Source: an uncultured Gemella sp. (GTDB lineage Bacteria > Bacillota > Bacilli > Staphylococcales > Gemellaceae). From it: a stretch of DNA of 64,000 nt. The number at the start of each line of letters is the position of its first letter. Within the stretch, counting starts at the first letter, position 1. Position numbers and translations under genes: made by a program. This document shows positions 28,147 through 39,275 of the stretch, in pieces. The DNA lies in contig NZ_CAURMG010000005.1 in the NCBI RefSeq assembly GCF_963525875.1, forward strand, positions 3,406-67,405. The letters run 5' to 3'. Below the pieces are notes generated by a model. That model worked only from the letters and a program-made list of their open reading frames with translations. It was not told where the DNA came from and made no database searches.

Positions 28147-28993
28147 TCTCAACATCCTCTTTTTCTACTTGACGTAATTTTTCTATAACATTCCCCAGTT
28201 TAACATCAAAAGTTCCTTTGAACTCATCAATATTTTCTATTTTTGATAAATACAGATAATCATCTTCATGTTCTCTTGGCGAATCAAAACACTGTGTAAT
28301 AATTACTTTACCTACTACATCAACATCGAATTCATTCATCAGACTTTCCATACCTGTTAAAACCCCGCCTCCACGCATGAAATCATCAACTAATAGAACT
28401 TTTGACCCTGTATTTAAACTGCGTTTTGACAAAATCATTGTTTCTATTTTCTTTGTAGATCCAGAAACATAATTAATCGCAACTGTAGTTCCTTCTGTAA
28501 CCTTATTATCTCTTCTAATAATTATCACAGGTTTATTTAAAATTGAAGCTATCGCATACGCAACAGGAATTCCTTTCGTAGCAACTGTCACTACTGCATC
28601 AACTTCTTTATTCTTATATACAGTAGCTACTACTCTTCCTAGTTTATTCATTAAACTAGGATCACCTATTATATCAGACATAAAAATATATCCACCTGCT
28701 AATAAACGATTACCATCATTAATTTTCACCATAAAATCATTAAGAATTTTCTTGGCATCATCTTCTACCAAAGTTGGTGTGAAAATAACTCCACCACTTA
28801 CTCCAGCTAAAGTTTTTACTTCACCGATGTTTTCTTCTTTAAAACCTGTTTTTATTATGTGTATATCTTCACTTATTGAAGATTTGGCCTGATTAAATTT
28901 TGAAACAAAATATGTTAATGGAATTAATTTATTAGGATTATTTAATAAATATTCCGTCATTACTACTATTCTTTCACTTCTCTTTAACTTCAT
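28139..28993 (-). CDS. purR: Pur operon repressor
   Basis: KRSERI, AKSSISED, VDDFMRGG; start at MKLKRS (RBS AAGGAG). Confidence 0.93.
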   Translation of the reverse strand: MKLKRSERIVVMTEYLLNNPNKLIPLTYFVSKFNQAKSSISEDIHIIKTGFKEENIGEVKTLAGVSGGVIFTPTLVEDDAKKILNDFMVKINDGNRLLAGGYIFMSDIIGDPSLMNKLGRVVATVYKNKEVDAVVTVATKGIPVAYAIASILNKPVIIIRRDNKVTEGTTVAINYVSGSTKKIETMILSKRSLNTGSKVLLVDDFMRGGGVLTGMESLMNEFDVDVVGKVIITQCFDSPREHEDDYLYLSKIENIDEFKGTFDVKLGNVIEKLRQVEKEDVENE

Positions 28994-29206
28994 CTTATAC
29001 TCCTTACATAGCATATTTGGCAAATTACCACACTATATACATTCAATATATTTATTCGTATATTATATGTATATAATACCACTATTGTTCGGAATAGTAA
29101 AGATAAACCATGAAGTTTTAAGTACATTTAAAGTAACTTATAATTATTATTCACATTGAAAATTAAAGAAGAGATAGCTTTTTCTTTCTATCTCTTCCTT
29201 TTTTGT

Positions 29207-30508
29207 CTATTTCTCTTTCCAAACTTCTAAAGTTCGTATTTGATTTTCTTCAACCTTTCTTACTACAAAAGTCAACTTATCAATTGAATACACTGCCCCA
29301 ACTTTCGCTTCATATTTTACTAAATAAACATAAGCACCAATCGTATCAACTTCCTCATGAGGTAATTGAACGTGGAATAAAGCATTCACATCTTGAATAG
29401 GCACCCATCCATCAATTAAATAATGTCCATTTTTAAGTTTTTTTACTAAACTTTGTTCATCTTCATCAAACTCATCACGAATTTCACCAGTTATTTCCTC
29501 AACTATATCTTCTAAAGTAACGACTCCACTAGTTCCTCCATACTCATCGGTAATAACAATCATATGTTCTCTATTTTGCTTTATAGTTGCTAATACTTGT
29601 GAAATAGGTGTGTGTTCAAAAATTTTTATAGCTGGCGTAATATATTCTTCTAAGTCTTTTGTGTTTTCAAGAGGCTTATCAGCAAATAATAATTTTTTAA
29701 CGTTTAATATACCTAGAATTTGGTCTTTATCACCGTCTTCTATTACCGGATATCTAGTATATTCTTCTTGCTTTAATTGTCTCATAATTATCGCCAATGA
29801 ATCACTCATATCAATAGCTTCCACCTCTGTTCTAGGTGTCATGATTTCTTTAGCAATTTTATTATCGAATTCAAAGACTCTTTCTACATAACGATACTCT
29901 ACATCGTTAATTTGACCATGAGCTCTTGAAGACTTCATAATTGTTCTTAGTTCTTGTTCACTATGAATATCATCATGTTCAGAAGCTGGTTCAAATCCAA
30001 ACATTTTCGCTATAACATTAGCTAATGAATTAAGTAGCCAAACTAATGGACGCATTACTTTATCAAACATATACATTGGCCAAGCTACACGTAAACAAGT
30101 TTTTTCTGCAGATTGAATAGCTATTGTCTTAGGAACCAATTCTCCTAGAACCACATGCAGTAGTGTCATAAATCCAAATGATACTACTAAAGATATTGTA
30201 TGAGTTATCGCTTCATTAAGATTTAATAAAGAAAATATCGGATTAAACATCGAATGAAATGTAGCCTCACCAATCCAACCTAAACCTAAAGAAACAATCG
30301 TTATACCTAACTGAGTAGCAGATAAGTAATGATCTAATTGTTCTACCATTACAACCAAAATTTTAGCTGTCTTATTTCCTGATTCTACTAATTCATTTAC
30401 TCTTGTAGGTCTAAGTTTAACAAGAGCAAATTCAAACATTACAAATATTGCCGAGGCAATAAGTAACAATACTATTATTAATATTTTAATTAAGATACTG
30501 AGATCCAT
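29207..30508 (-). CDS. CNNM/CBS/CorC domain protein (hemolysin-family, MpfA/YhdP-like Mg transporter)
   Basis: SATQLGIT, GELVPK, IMTPR, DEYGGTSGVVTLEDIVEEI. Confidence 0.9.
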   Translation of the reverse strand: MDLSILIKILIIVLLLIASAIFVMFEFALVKLRPTRVNELVESGNKTAKILVVMVEQLDHYLSATQLGITIVSLGLGWIGEATFHSMFNPIFSLLNLNEAITHTISLVVSFGFMTLLHVVLGELVPKTIAIQSAEKTCLRVAWPMYMFDKVMRPLVWLLNSLANVIAKMFGFEPASEHDDIHSEQELRTIMKSSRAHGQINDVEYRYVERVFEFDNKIAKEIMTPRTEVEAIDMSDSLAIIMRQLKQEEYTRYPVIEDGDKDQILGILNVKKLLFADKPLENTKDLEEYITPAIKIFEHTPISQVLATIKQNREHMIVITDEYGGTSGVVTLEDIVEEITGEIRDEFDEDEQSLVKKLKNGHYLIDGWVPIQDVNALFHVQLPHEEVDTIGAYVYLVKYEAKVGAVYSIDKLTFVVRKVEENQIRTLEVWKEK

Positions 30509-30715
30509 ATAGTTTTAATTTAACCTCTTTCCTTATTTTTTAGTCATTAATAAATAATTTTACTACATATAAACTTTTTTTTCAATTGTTATACTATCTA
30601 TACTATGTCCAACTTCTTTTAAGATAAATCTAAATAATACCCTATTAAAATTCTTATTAATGGAAATTTCACTTGCTAGATGATACTATAAATATATGAA
30701 AACGTTAAACTGGAG

Positions 30716-31648
30716 ATGCTTATGGATAAAATACTTGAATTTAAAAATTTTTGGGATGAAAAGGTAAAATATATTGATACTATTCAACTTTGTTATGAAT
30801 TAGAAAAAACTTCATTTTCAAAATTTGAAGATATTGAATTTTATCATTTATCATTTCGTAGTTATGATAATTCAAAAATCTACGCTAAATACATAAAAAA
30901 TATAAAATATAGAACTCTATACCCAAACAAAAACATACCTGTCTTATTTTACTTCCACGGTTATCCAGCATCAAATAGAAACTGGCTGGAAAAATCAACA
31001 TTTTCATCTTTGGGTTACGATGTAGTTGCTATAGATTTTAGAAATCAAGGGGGATTAAGTAAAGACAAAAGTAATTCTTCTCCTTCAGTTTTTGGGCATC
31101 TAAGCATTGGAATTGATGAAGATGTAGAAGATATGATTTTCTTTAAAAATATACTAGATACTCTAATTCTTTCTAGAATTATTTCAACATTTGATAGAGT
31201 AAATTCACAAAATTTCATTAGCTACGGTGCTTCTCAAGGTGGAGCTTTTTCTATAATGTTTGCTGCATTAAACAAAAATGTTACAAAATGCATTAGTCTT
31301 TATCCTTTCCTTTCTAACTTTGAATATATTTATGAAAAAGATAACAGGAACAACGCATATTCAGAATTTACTCATCATGGACGTTGGTTTAATACCAAAG
31401 GACAAAATACTAAATATTTTTTAAATAATCTTTATTACATAGATACTTTAAACTTTGCTAAACTTTTAAAATGCGATACTTTATTCGGTATTTCTAATCT
31501 CGATGAAGATTGTCCAAAAGAAACCCAACAAAAAGTGTTTAATAATATTAACTGTAGAAAGAAAGCATGTATTTACAAAAAGTACTATCACGAGAATATT
31601 CCAAATTTCAATGACGAAATAGTTAACTTCTTACAAAAAGAGATATAG
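30716..31648 (+). CDS. Acetyl xylan esterase / cephalosporin-C deacetylase family (CE7)
   Basis: FHGY, DFRNQG, nucleophile GASQGG, D-x-x-CP and terminal HE; cre-like TGAAAACGTTAAAC at 30697-30710. Confidence 0.8.
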   Translation: MLMDKILEFKNFWDEKVKYIDTIQLCYELEKTSFSKFEDIEFYHLSFRSYDNSKIYAKYIKNIKYRTLYPNKNIPVLFYFHGYPASNRNWLEKSTFSSLGYDVVAIDFRNQGGLSKDKSNSSPSVFGHLSIGIDEDVEDMIFFKNILDTLILSRIISTFDRVNSQNFISYGASQGGAFSIMFAALNKNVTKCISLYPFLSNFEYIYEKDNRNNAYSEFTHHGRWFNTKGQNTKYFLNNLYYIDTLNFAKLLKCDTLFGISNLDEDCPKETQQKVFNNINCRKKACIYKKYYHENIPNFNDEIVNFLQKEI

Positions 31649-31657
31649 GAGCAAAAA

Positions 31658-32485
31658 ATGAAATTAGAAAAATATAGAAAATTAAACTTTGAAGAAAAAA
31701 TAGTAAATATTTCACATTCATTTGTTCAGTATAAGAAAATAAAATTCTTTGGGAAAGATAATTCAAAAATTGAATTAGACGTAGTCATACCAAGCTCTAA
31801 TATTAAAGGAGTTATCGTCGATTTCCCTGAATATAAAGTTAAAAATAAAGATTTTCTAAATCTATCAAAATATAGTATGTTAAACTACGCACTAGTATCA
31901 CTTCATATTAGAGGTCAAGCTGGTAACAGTGAAAACAATACACCTTGTTCTCATTTCCCATTTCTAGATTGTAACAACGAGATTCCCTACTATAATCTAG
32001 TATTTCAAGATGCATTAGATACTATCCATATTACTGAGATGATGTTTCCAAAAAAAGATATAATTTTAACAGGTCTTGGCCAAGGTGCTGCGATTAGCTT
32101 AGTTTGTGCTAAGTATTTTAATTCAGTTATAGAACTTTTTATAGAAGATTGTTCACTTTGCGATATAAAAAATACTTATATTCAAAACAAAAAAAATCCA
32201 ATATTTAAAAAGTTACATAATTTTGAAATTGATTTTCCAGAAAAAATTAGTTATCTATATAACGTACTAGACTTGATTGATATACTTAATATTAGCAACC
32301 TCATTAAACAAAAAGTTCACTATGCACTCTCATATCTAAGTCCTAAAACACCTCTTGAGGCTCAATTTAAATTAGTCGAATCACTTAAAAATGTCACAGT
32401 TCAACATTATAAATTTTTGGATAATAAAAAAATATTTCAACACCAATTCGATGATTACATACTTGAAACCCTAGCAACTAAATAG
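31658..32485 (+). CDS. Degenerate CE7-like alpha/beta hydrolase paralog
   Basis: IRGQAG retained, but the nucleophile elbow reads GLGQGA (no Ser). Confidence 0.7.
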   Translation: MKLEKYRKLNFEEKIVNISHSFVQYKKIKFFGKDNSKIELDVVIPSSNIKGVIVDFPEYKVKNKDFLNLSKYSMLNYALVSLHIRGQAGNSENNTPCSHFPFLDCNNEIPYYNLVFQDALDTIHITEMMFPKKDIILTGLGQGAAISLVCAKYFNSVIELFIEDCSLCDIKNTYIQNKKNPIFKKLHNFEIDFPEKISYLYNVLDLIDILNISNLIKQKVHYALSYLSPKTPLEAQFKLVESLKNVTVQHYKFLDNKKIFQHQFDDYILETLATK

Positions 32486-32489
32486 TAAA

Positions 32490-32525
32490 AAAGAATCAAC
32501 ACGAGATATCTCATGTCGATTCTTT
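32490..32525. terminator. Bidirectional terminator
   Basis: AAAGAATCAACACGAG-atat-CTCATGTCGATTCTTT between convergent genes. Confidence 0.65.
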
Positions 32526-32533
32526 ATTTGTTA

Positions 32534-33793
32534 TTAGCTTAATTTACCTTTTAGCTTCATATTTTTAACAATTTTTTCAATAGAGTTCACATAAGCAGCT
32601 TTTCTCATCGGGATATCAAATCTTTCTTTTACTTCCCAAATATCATTAAATGCTTTTGTCATTACTCTTGCTTGTTTTTCAACTACTTCCTCTTCAGTCC
32701 AGTAGTATCCTTGTAGGTTTTGGACCCATTCAAAGTAAGATACAGTTACACCACCACTATTTGCAAGAATATCAGGAATTACTACAACACCTTTTTCTCG
32801 TAACGCTTTATCACCTTCTAATGTTGCAGGACCATTAGCTCCCTCTGAAATAACAGGAGCTTTAATTAAGTTTGCTTCTTTAGCATCAATAGCATTCTCC
32901 AAAGCACATGGACAAAGTACATCTACATCTAAAGCCCAGAACTCATCTAAAGTTAGACGTTTTGTATTTGGCAATGTGTGGAATCTAACTTTTTTATCTT
33001 TACATTCTTGAAGTTCAGCATAAGATAATCCATCTTCACGGTAAACTGCATATTGTACACCATCATCATCACGTTCAGTTACTGCAACAACTGTTGCACC
33101 AAATTTAACGGCAGTATCCACAGTATAACTTCCTACATTACCAAATCCTTGAACAGCAAATTTAGCACCTTGTGTCATTTTCCCTAATTTTTCTAATGCT
33201 AATTTCGCAGCAAGTGCAACTCCATATCCAGTTGCTTGTGTTCTTCCTAATGAACCACCTAATTCTAATGGCTTACCTGTTAAAGTACCAATACCTTGTT
33301 CTCCTGTAAGGACATTATATTCATCAATCATCCAAGACATAATTTGACCATTTGTATTTACATCTGGTGCAGGGACATCTTGTTTTTCACCTAGATATTT
33401 GTATAATCCTCTAATATATCCTCTAGAAAGTCTTTCTAACTCACCTTTCGATAAATCTTTCGGATCTACGATAATACCACCTTTACCTCCACCATATGGT
33501 AGATTAGCAACCGCACATTTAAACGTCATCCAAATTGACAATGCTTTTACTTCGTCTGCTGTTACAAGTGGGTGAAATCTTAATCCCCCTTTTGTAGGAC
33601 CAATCGCATCGTTATGTTGTGATCGGAAACCTTTGAAGTATTTTACCTCACCATTATCCATTCTAACTGGAATTGAAATCTCAATAAATCTTTGAGGATC
33701 TTTTAATGATTCGTATACTTCTTCTTTATAACCTAATACTTCACAAGCACCTTTTATTTGTTCTCTTGCGTTAACCAATGGATTATTATTCAT
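32534..33793 (-). CDS. gdh: Glutamate dehydrogenase (RocG/GudB-like, probably NAD-linked)
   Basis: GPTKGGLRFH, GGGKGG, DVPAPD, QGFGNVG, VSYFEWVQN. Confidence 0.93.
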   Translation of the reverse strand: MNNNPLVNAREQIKGACEVLGYKEEVYESLKDPQRFIEISIPVRMDNGEVKYFKGFRSQHNDAIGPTKGGLRFHPLVTADEVKALSIWMTFKCAVANLPYGGGKGGIIVDPKDLSKGELERLSRGYIRGLYKYLGEKQDVPAPDVNTNGQIMSWMIDEYNVLTGEQGIGTLTGKPLELGGSLGRTQATGYGVALAAKLALEKLGKMTQGAKFAVQGFGNVGSYTVDTAVKFGATVVAVTERDDDGVQYAVYREDGLSYAELQECKDKKVRFHTLPNTKRLTLDEFWALDVDVLCPCALENAIDAKEANLIKAPVISEGANGPATLEGDKALREKGVVVIPDILANSGGVTVSYFEWVQNLQGYYWTEEEVVEKQARVMTKAFNDIWEVKERFDIPMRKAAYVNSIEKIVKNMKLKGKLS

Positions 33794-34147
33794 AGCTACA
33801 TCTCCTTAGAATGTTAATTTTACATTTATAATGTAATTTTATTTACCCTAATTATATCAAATATACCTCTATTTTGTAAACTTAAATTTATAAGAACTTT
33901 TTTATATATTTATTTTTATTACGTCAACTTTTTATAAAATATAAAACATCAAAAAAAGTTAATTTTATAACCATTAATATGGTTCAAAATTAACTTTTCT
34001 TAAAAACAAATTAAGAATACCAAAGAATATCATACTACTTTTATAAGCTATTTAAGTCAGACATTATGTAGAATAGTCGGGAAATTGTTTTAAATATTGT
34101 ATTTTTTTATTCTTTTTTTCTGATTTTATCTTTAATTTTCAGAAAAA

Positions 34148-36787
34148 TTACTTTGCATCATACCATGATGCTCCACTACTAGCCTCCACTTTTAGTTGAA
34201 CATCCAGATTAGCCGCTTCTTCCATAATTTTAATCATTTCTTTTGTAAACTCTTCTTCTATTTCTTTATTTACATCAAAGATTAATTCATCATGTACTTG
34301 TAATAATAATTTTGCATCTACATTTGTTTTTTCCAAGTACTCAAATACATTAACCATAGCTATCTTAATAATATCCGCAGCAGTTCCTTGAATTGGTGAA
34401 TTCATAGCAATACGTGCATTTAAGTTTGCAACAATTTTATTCTTAGCATTAATATCTGGTAATGCTCTTCTTCTATTGAATAAAGTTTCAACATAACCAT
34501 GTTCTTTCGCAAAATCTACAATATCAGTCATATATTTATTAACACCTTTAAATGTTTCTAAATATTTGTCGATAAATTCTTTCGCACGTTTTCTAGTAAT
34601 ACCTAAATTGTTAGATAGCCCAAAATCAGAAATTCCATAAACAATACCAAAGTTAACAGCTTTAGCTTCTCTACGCATTGAAGAAGTTACTTCATCAAGA
34701 CTAACTCCATTAACATCACTAGCTGTTTTAGTATGAATATCTACATCATGTTTAAATGCATCTATCATTCCTGCATCTTGAGCAATATGAGCTAATACTC
34801 GAAGCTCTATTTGAGAATAGTCGATTGACAAAATCACTCTATCTTCAGAAGATGGAATAAATGCTTTTCTAATTTTTTTCCCCTCTTCAATTCTCGTTGG
34901 AATATTTTGTAGATTTGGATTTACAGAAGATAGACGTCCAGTTTGAGCCAATGTTTGTTCATAACGTGTATGAATTTTACCTTCACGAGTAATATCTTTC
35001 ACTAATCCTTTTGCATACGTTGAGTTTAATTTTGTAATTGTTCTATACTCCATAATCAACGGAATAATCTCATGACTATGTTGAAGTTGTTCTAATACCT
35101 CTACCGCTGTAGAATATCCAGTTTTCGTCTTCTTGATCGGTGGCAGTCCTAAATCCTCAAATAACACAACTCCTAACTGTTTAGGTGAAGCTATATTAAA
35201 CTCTGATCCAGCAAGCTCGTATATGCTAGATTCTAAAGTTTTTATTCTTTCATCAAACTCAACACTCATATCTTCAAGAGCCTTTTTACTAACATGTATC
35301 CCTTCGAATTCCATATTAGCTAACACTTTTGCAACTTTAATCTCTATATTTTTATAAAGGTCTGTCATATTTTCTTCAGCAAGTTTTTGTTCCATTAACG
35401 GCTTAATAAGTGAGATTGCCTCTGCAACTTCAGCTATATATGGATTAATAACTTCTTGAGATGGTAAAGTTCTCTTTGCCCCTTTACCATATATTTCTTC
35501 GTCGCTACTTATTATTTTTCCAAGATAGTTAAATACAATTTTATCAATTTCAGTTTTTGCATTCACATCAATTAGATAAGATACTATTTTTGTATCAAAA
35601 ACTTCTCCATTAATATCTACTCCATTTCTCATAGCTATAAATAATATCTTCTTAAAATCGTAAACAATTTTTTCTAGTTCACTTTGTAGATAATCCTCTA
35701 CAAATTCATTAGTAAAAAATTGTTCTTCACTAAAAATATAAGTTACACCTTCTTTATATACTGCTACTCCAACCACGTCTGAATTTTGATAATCTTCTGT
35801 ATAGCACTCAACATGTAAAACACTATCAACAAAATCTATTTTTGTATTTTTATCTGCTAAAACAATATTAATTTCTTTTTTAGATGTAACAGTCTCTTCA
35901 ACAGCTGTCCCTAACTCTCCAGTAGAATTTTCTTCAGACAATTTTCTTAAAAATGAAACAAATTCAAGCTTTTCAAACAGTTTTCTTTTAAGATCTATAT
36001 TCTCACTATATGTTAAATCTTTCAACTTATTATCAACTGGTACTTCTGTATAAATAGTTGCCAGCTTCTTACTTAACAGTGCATCATCGCGTCCTTCTGT
36101 TAGACGTTCTTTAAGTTTTTTTCCACTAATATTATCTATATTTTCCAGTACATTCTCTACAGTTTTATATTCAGCCAATAATTTTATAGCAGTTTTTTCA
36201 CCCACTCCTTCTACACCAGGAATATTATCGCTCTTATCTCCCATAAGACCCTTCATATCAACGATTTGCTCAGGAGTTAAACCATATTTCTCAGCAATAA
36301 ATTCAGGTGTATAATAATCTATATCCGTTACACCTCGTTTTGTATAATGAATAGTAATATTCTTACTAGCTAGCTGCGTTAAGTCTTTATCTCCAGTTAC
36401 TATTATTACTTCTAGCCCTTCTTTTTCAGCGATCTTAGCATAGCTTCCAATAATATCATCCGCTTCATAATCAAAATGTTCTTCATACTTAATTCCATAA
36501 GAATCTAAAAGTTCTCTAACATAACCAAATTGTTCAACTAACTCACTAGGTGTTTTATCTCTAGTTCCTTTATACGCCTCATAACTCTTGTGCCTAAACG
36601 TTTGTTTTCCCTTATCAAAAGCAACTAACGCATATTTCGGATTAGTATCTGCTAATATCTTTTCTAACATTAATGTAAAGCCATATACACTATTTGTATA
36701 TAAACCTTTTTTATTTTTTAAAGCTGGCATAGCGTAAAAAGCACGATAACTCAAACTATTTCCATCTATTAGTATTATCTTATCCAT
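34148..36787 (-). CDS. polA: DNA polymerase I
   Basis: 5'-3' exonuclease EADD/GDKD; TGRLSS, DYSQIELR, KAVNFGIVYG, QVHDEL. Confidence 0.98.
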   Translation of the reverse strand: MDKIILIDGNSLSYRAFYAMPALKNKKGLYTNSVYGFTLMLEKILADTNPKYALVAFDKGKQTFRHKSYEAYKGTRDKTPSELVEQFGYVRELLDSYGIKYEEHFDYEADDIIGSYAKIAEKEGLEVIIVTGDKDLTQLASKNITIHYTKRGVTDIDYYTPEFIAEKYGLTPEQIVDMKGLMGDKSDNIPGVEGVGEKTAIKLLAEYKTVENVLENIDNISGKKLKERLTEGRDDALLSKKLATIYTEVPVDNKLKDLTYSENIDLKRKLFEKLEFVSFLRKLSEENSTGELGTAVEETVTSKKEINIVLADKNTKIDFVDSVLHVECYTEDYQNSDVVGVAVYKEGVTYIFSEEQFFTNEFVEDYLQSELEKIVYDFKKILFIAMRNGVDINGEVFDTKIVSYLIDVNAKTEIDKIVFNYLGKIISSDEEIYGKGAKRTLPSQEVINPYIAEVAEAISLIKPLMEQKLAEENMTDLYKNIEIKVAKVLANMEFEGIHVSKKALEDMSVEFDERIKTLESSIYELAGSEFNIASPKQLGVVLFEDLGLPPIKKTKTGYSTAVEVLEQLQHSHEIIPLIMEYRTITKLNSTYAKGLVKDITREGKIHTRYEQTLAQTGRLSSVNPNLQNIPTRIEEGKKIRKAFIPSSEDRVILSIDYSQIELRVLAHIAQDAGMIDAFKHDVDIHTKTASDVNGVSLDEVTSSMRREAKAVNFGIVYGISDFGLSNNLGITRKRAKEFIDKYLETFKGVNKYMTDIVDFAKEHGYVETLFNRRRALPDINAKNKIVANLNARIAMNSPIQGTAADIIKIAMVNVFEYLEKTNVDAKLLLQVHDELIFDVNKEIEEEFTKEMIKIMEEAANLDVQLKVEASSGASWYDAK

Positions 36788-36833
36788 TGTATTCTCCTAA
36801 TTTTTATTCTAAACACTAAAACATAAAAAGATA

Positions 36834-36876
36834 CAACTCAAAAATCACGATTTCAAAAATGATTTTTGAGTCGTTC
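36834..36876 (+). repeat. Partial/degenerate copy of the MITE-like repeat
   Basis: ACTCAAAAATCACGATTTC...GATTTTTGAGTC hairpin matching the repeat's left arm. Confidence 0.55.
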
Positions 36877-36965
36877 AGTACATTTTATTTTATATATTAA
36901 AATTCTAATAAACCATGTTTAATATATAGCAAGTAAACGCCAAATATTATCTATAGTCATTTATT

Positions 36966-38177
36966 TTACAACAATTCATAAATAATTTCTATTTTCTTCT
37001 TCCAAGAATGGCGTTCTATCTCTTCTAGTAAATCAACAGGAATTTCACGATTTTCTCTTGTTCTTCCTATCATTAATTCCAAAGCCTCTACAATCCTTTT
37101 TATGAACGCAGGCTTCTCTTCTTCTACCGCTTTATCTGTATCATAAATTGTAGGCATTTTGATATACTCAATTATCTCAGAGCTATTTATCTTTTCTCCA
37201 AGAAATTCAATAAGCCCCTCTATCTCAGTAGCAACCACTCTTAGACCACTACCTAAGGCTTCTACTGCGATTAATCCTAGTCCCTCAAAGTAAGACGGTA
37301 ATATAAATACATCTTTATGTCTCATAATTTCACCTAAATGAACTTGATCTACAGCATTATAAATTCTAATCTTTGTTGAATCTCCAACTAATTCCTCAAC
37401 TCTCGGTCTATCCTCTTGTTTCAAATTTCCTATTAATTCTAATTCCACATTATCATCTTTTTCTTCTAATAATCTAAACGCCTTAATCAATTCATAGAAA
37501 CCTTTCGACTCATCAAACTTTCCTGCATACAAAATTTTAACATTATCGTGTTTTGCATATTTTTTCACAGGGTAAAAAATCTTCTCATTATATCCAGCAC
37601 CAATATTTACGATTCTTTCCTTAGGATAATTATAAATATTTGAAATTTCTTCTATAACACTACTACTTAAAGCTAATATCTTATTCAACTTCCCTAGACT
37701 TTTAACATAGCTATCTTTCATAGTTCGATTCTTCTCAGATTGCCTAATATCCGTATTATGACAAACACCTATTACCTTTTCATCTTCGAATACATCACAA
37801 ACTATAGAACTTAAAACCCATAAATGATGTGTAATAATTACATCCGGCTTAAATTCATCTTTGGCTGCTTCTAACTTCTTGCGAAATGCATTTTGCCATT
37901 CTTCCATCATGTCACATGTCATATTTTTATATAAAGTATTTTCATATGGCATAATATCGCTCATTCCAACAATAGGGAAACTTATATCCTTACCTTGAAA
38001 TTCAACTTCATATTTTTCATCAACAAAATTAAAATTATACTCCGGAGTTGTTGCATAAACCGCTGCTTGTTTAACATCAAACTGTTTTAAACCTTCAATA
38101 ACATTTGTGAAATATACACCACTGCCAGTTTTAATTGGTAATTGAGCTAACACATGTAAAATTCTCATAATAACCAT
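36966..38177 (-). CDS. Glycosyltransferase family 4
   Basis: YAGKF, KG, LPSYFEGLGLIAVEA (E-x7-E). Confidence 0.88.
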   Translation of the reverse strand: MVIMRILHVLAQLPIKTGSGVYFTNVIEGLKQFDVKQAAVYATTPEYNFNFVDEKYEVEFQGKDISFPIVGMSDIMPYENTLYKNMTCDMMEEWQNAFRKKLEAAKDEFKPDVIITHHLWVLSSIVCDVFEDEKVIGVCHNTDIRQSEKNRTMKDSYVKSLGKLNKILALSSSVIEEISNIYNYPKERIVNIGAGYNEKIFYPVKKYAKHDNVKILYAGKFDESKGFYELIKAFRLLEEKDDNVELELIGNLKQEDRPRVEELVGDSTKIRIYNAVDQVHLGEIMRHKDVFILPSYFEGLGLIAVEALGSGLRVVATEIEGLIEFLGEKINSSEIIEYIKMPTIYDTDKAVEEEKPAFIKRIVEALELMIGRTRENREIPVDLLEEIERHSWKKKIEIIYELL

Positions 38178-38400
38178 CCTCTATTTCATATTTTCCATCA
38201 CTTATATTATAACCCAAAGTACACTATTTTTATAGTAAACATATTAAATTAAAGCATATAAAAATCACTCAAAGACATTTCTCCAAGTGATTTTTCAAAT
38301 TTTTATTCTCTTATCTAGACTACATAGGCTGTAACTAAAAAGTCTTTATACACAGAATTTTATTATAAACGATAACCTATCGTTTTTTTATTTTCTATCC

Positions 38401-39129
38401 TCAAGCACTACAAGTCGCAGCTTCTTTCTCATCTTGACTTTCAATATAATCATTTTTGTTATAAAATGCATTTCTATAACTAGTAGTATTAAACGGTTCT
38501 ATCAAATTAATAATATTATAACCAGCTACTCCTAGTTTCTTACATACTTCTTTACTTTGTTCTGGTTTATCACTATAAACAAAAATATCTGAAGATTTAT
38601 CTAATCTATCTAATACACTATCTATTTCTTCAGGTGAGACTCTAATTTCATCATCACTTAAAATTTCACTACCTAGATTTAAAAATTGTTTATTCTTACT
38701 AGCAGAAATACGATATTTAAACTCCGATAACAGCGCATTACTATAAATTGCATTTCCATAGTTATACTGTTTTATACCATCACCTATGTGAAGTTTAGTA
38801 AATCCTCGTTCTCTCAACAATTTTTCTGTATTACGTGAAGTAACATCAACAACACAATATAAAATTATATCCTTATCTTTATAATCATCCAGTACATCAC
38901 TACCGTTTTTAAAAAGCTTAATCGGTAAGTTTACAGCATTTATCGCATGCCCTCTAGCATACTCTTTTCGCCAACGAACATCCACTACTAAAGCTTCTTC
39001 AAATGTTTTTTTCTCTACATCAGCTCCAGCTATTCTTCCTGGTTTACCTTTTAGTAATTTAAGCCAAAAAGCATATAATGCAAAAATAATAATTAATAAT
39101 ACTATTATAATAATTAAAAATATATTCAT
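38401..39129 (-). CDS. Membrane-anchored rhodanese-like domain protein
   Basis: N-terminal TM; VDVRWRKEYARGHAINAVNLP, ILYC; start at MNIFL (RBS GAAAGGAG). Confidence 0.78.
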   Translation of the reverse strand: MNIFLIIIIVLLIIIFALYAFWLKLLKGKPGRIAGADVEKKTFEEALVVDVRWRKEYARGHAINAVNLPIKLFKNGSDVLDDYKDKDIILYCVVDVTSRNTEKLLRERGFTKLHIGDGIKQYNYGNAIYSNALLSEFKYRISASKNKQFLNLGSEILSDDEIRVSPEEIDSVLDRLDKSSDIFVYSDKPEQSKEVCKKLGVAGYNIINLIEPFNTTSYRNAFYNKNDYIESQDEKEAATCSA

Positions 39130-39275
39130 TTCGTTTACTCCTTTCATCATATAATTATATTTTAGCACACATTTTGTATTTTTAATAATAAATTGTATCA
39201 TAAATTATTTTGATTTTTTTTGTAAATAGGAGTAAAATGTTCTTATGGAATAAACTTATCAAAAAGGAGAGCTAC

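Noticed and set aside
38401..38420. Selenocysteine read-through at the TGA ending the rhodanese-like gene (…TCSA*)
   Set aside because: No SECIS-like hairpin evident after the TGA and no sel genes in the window.
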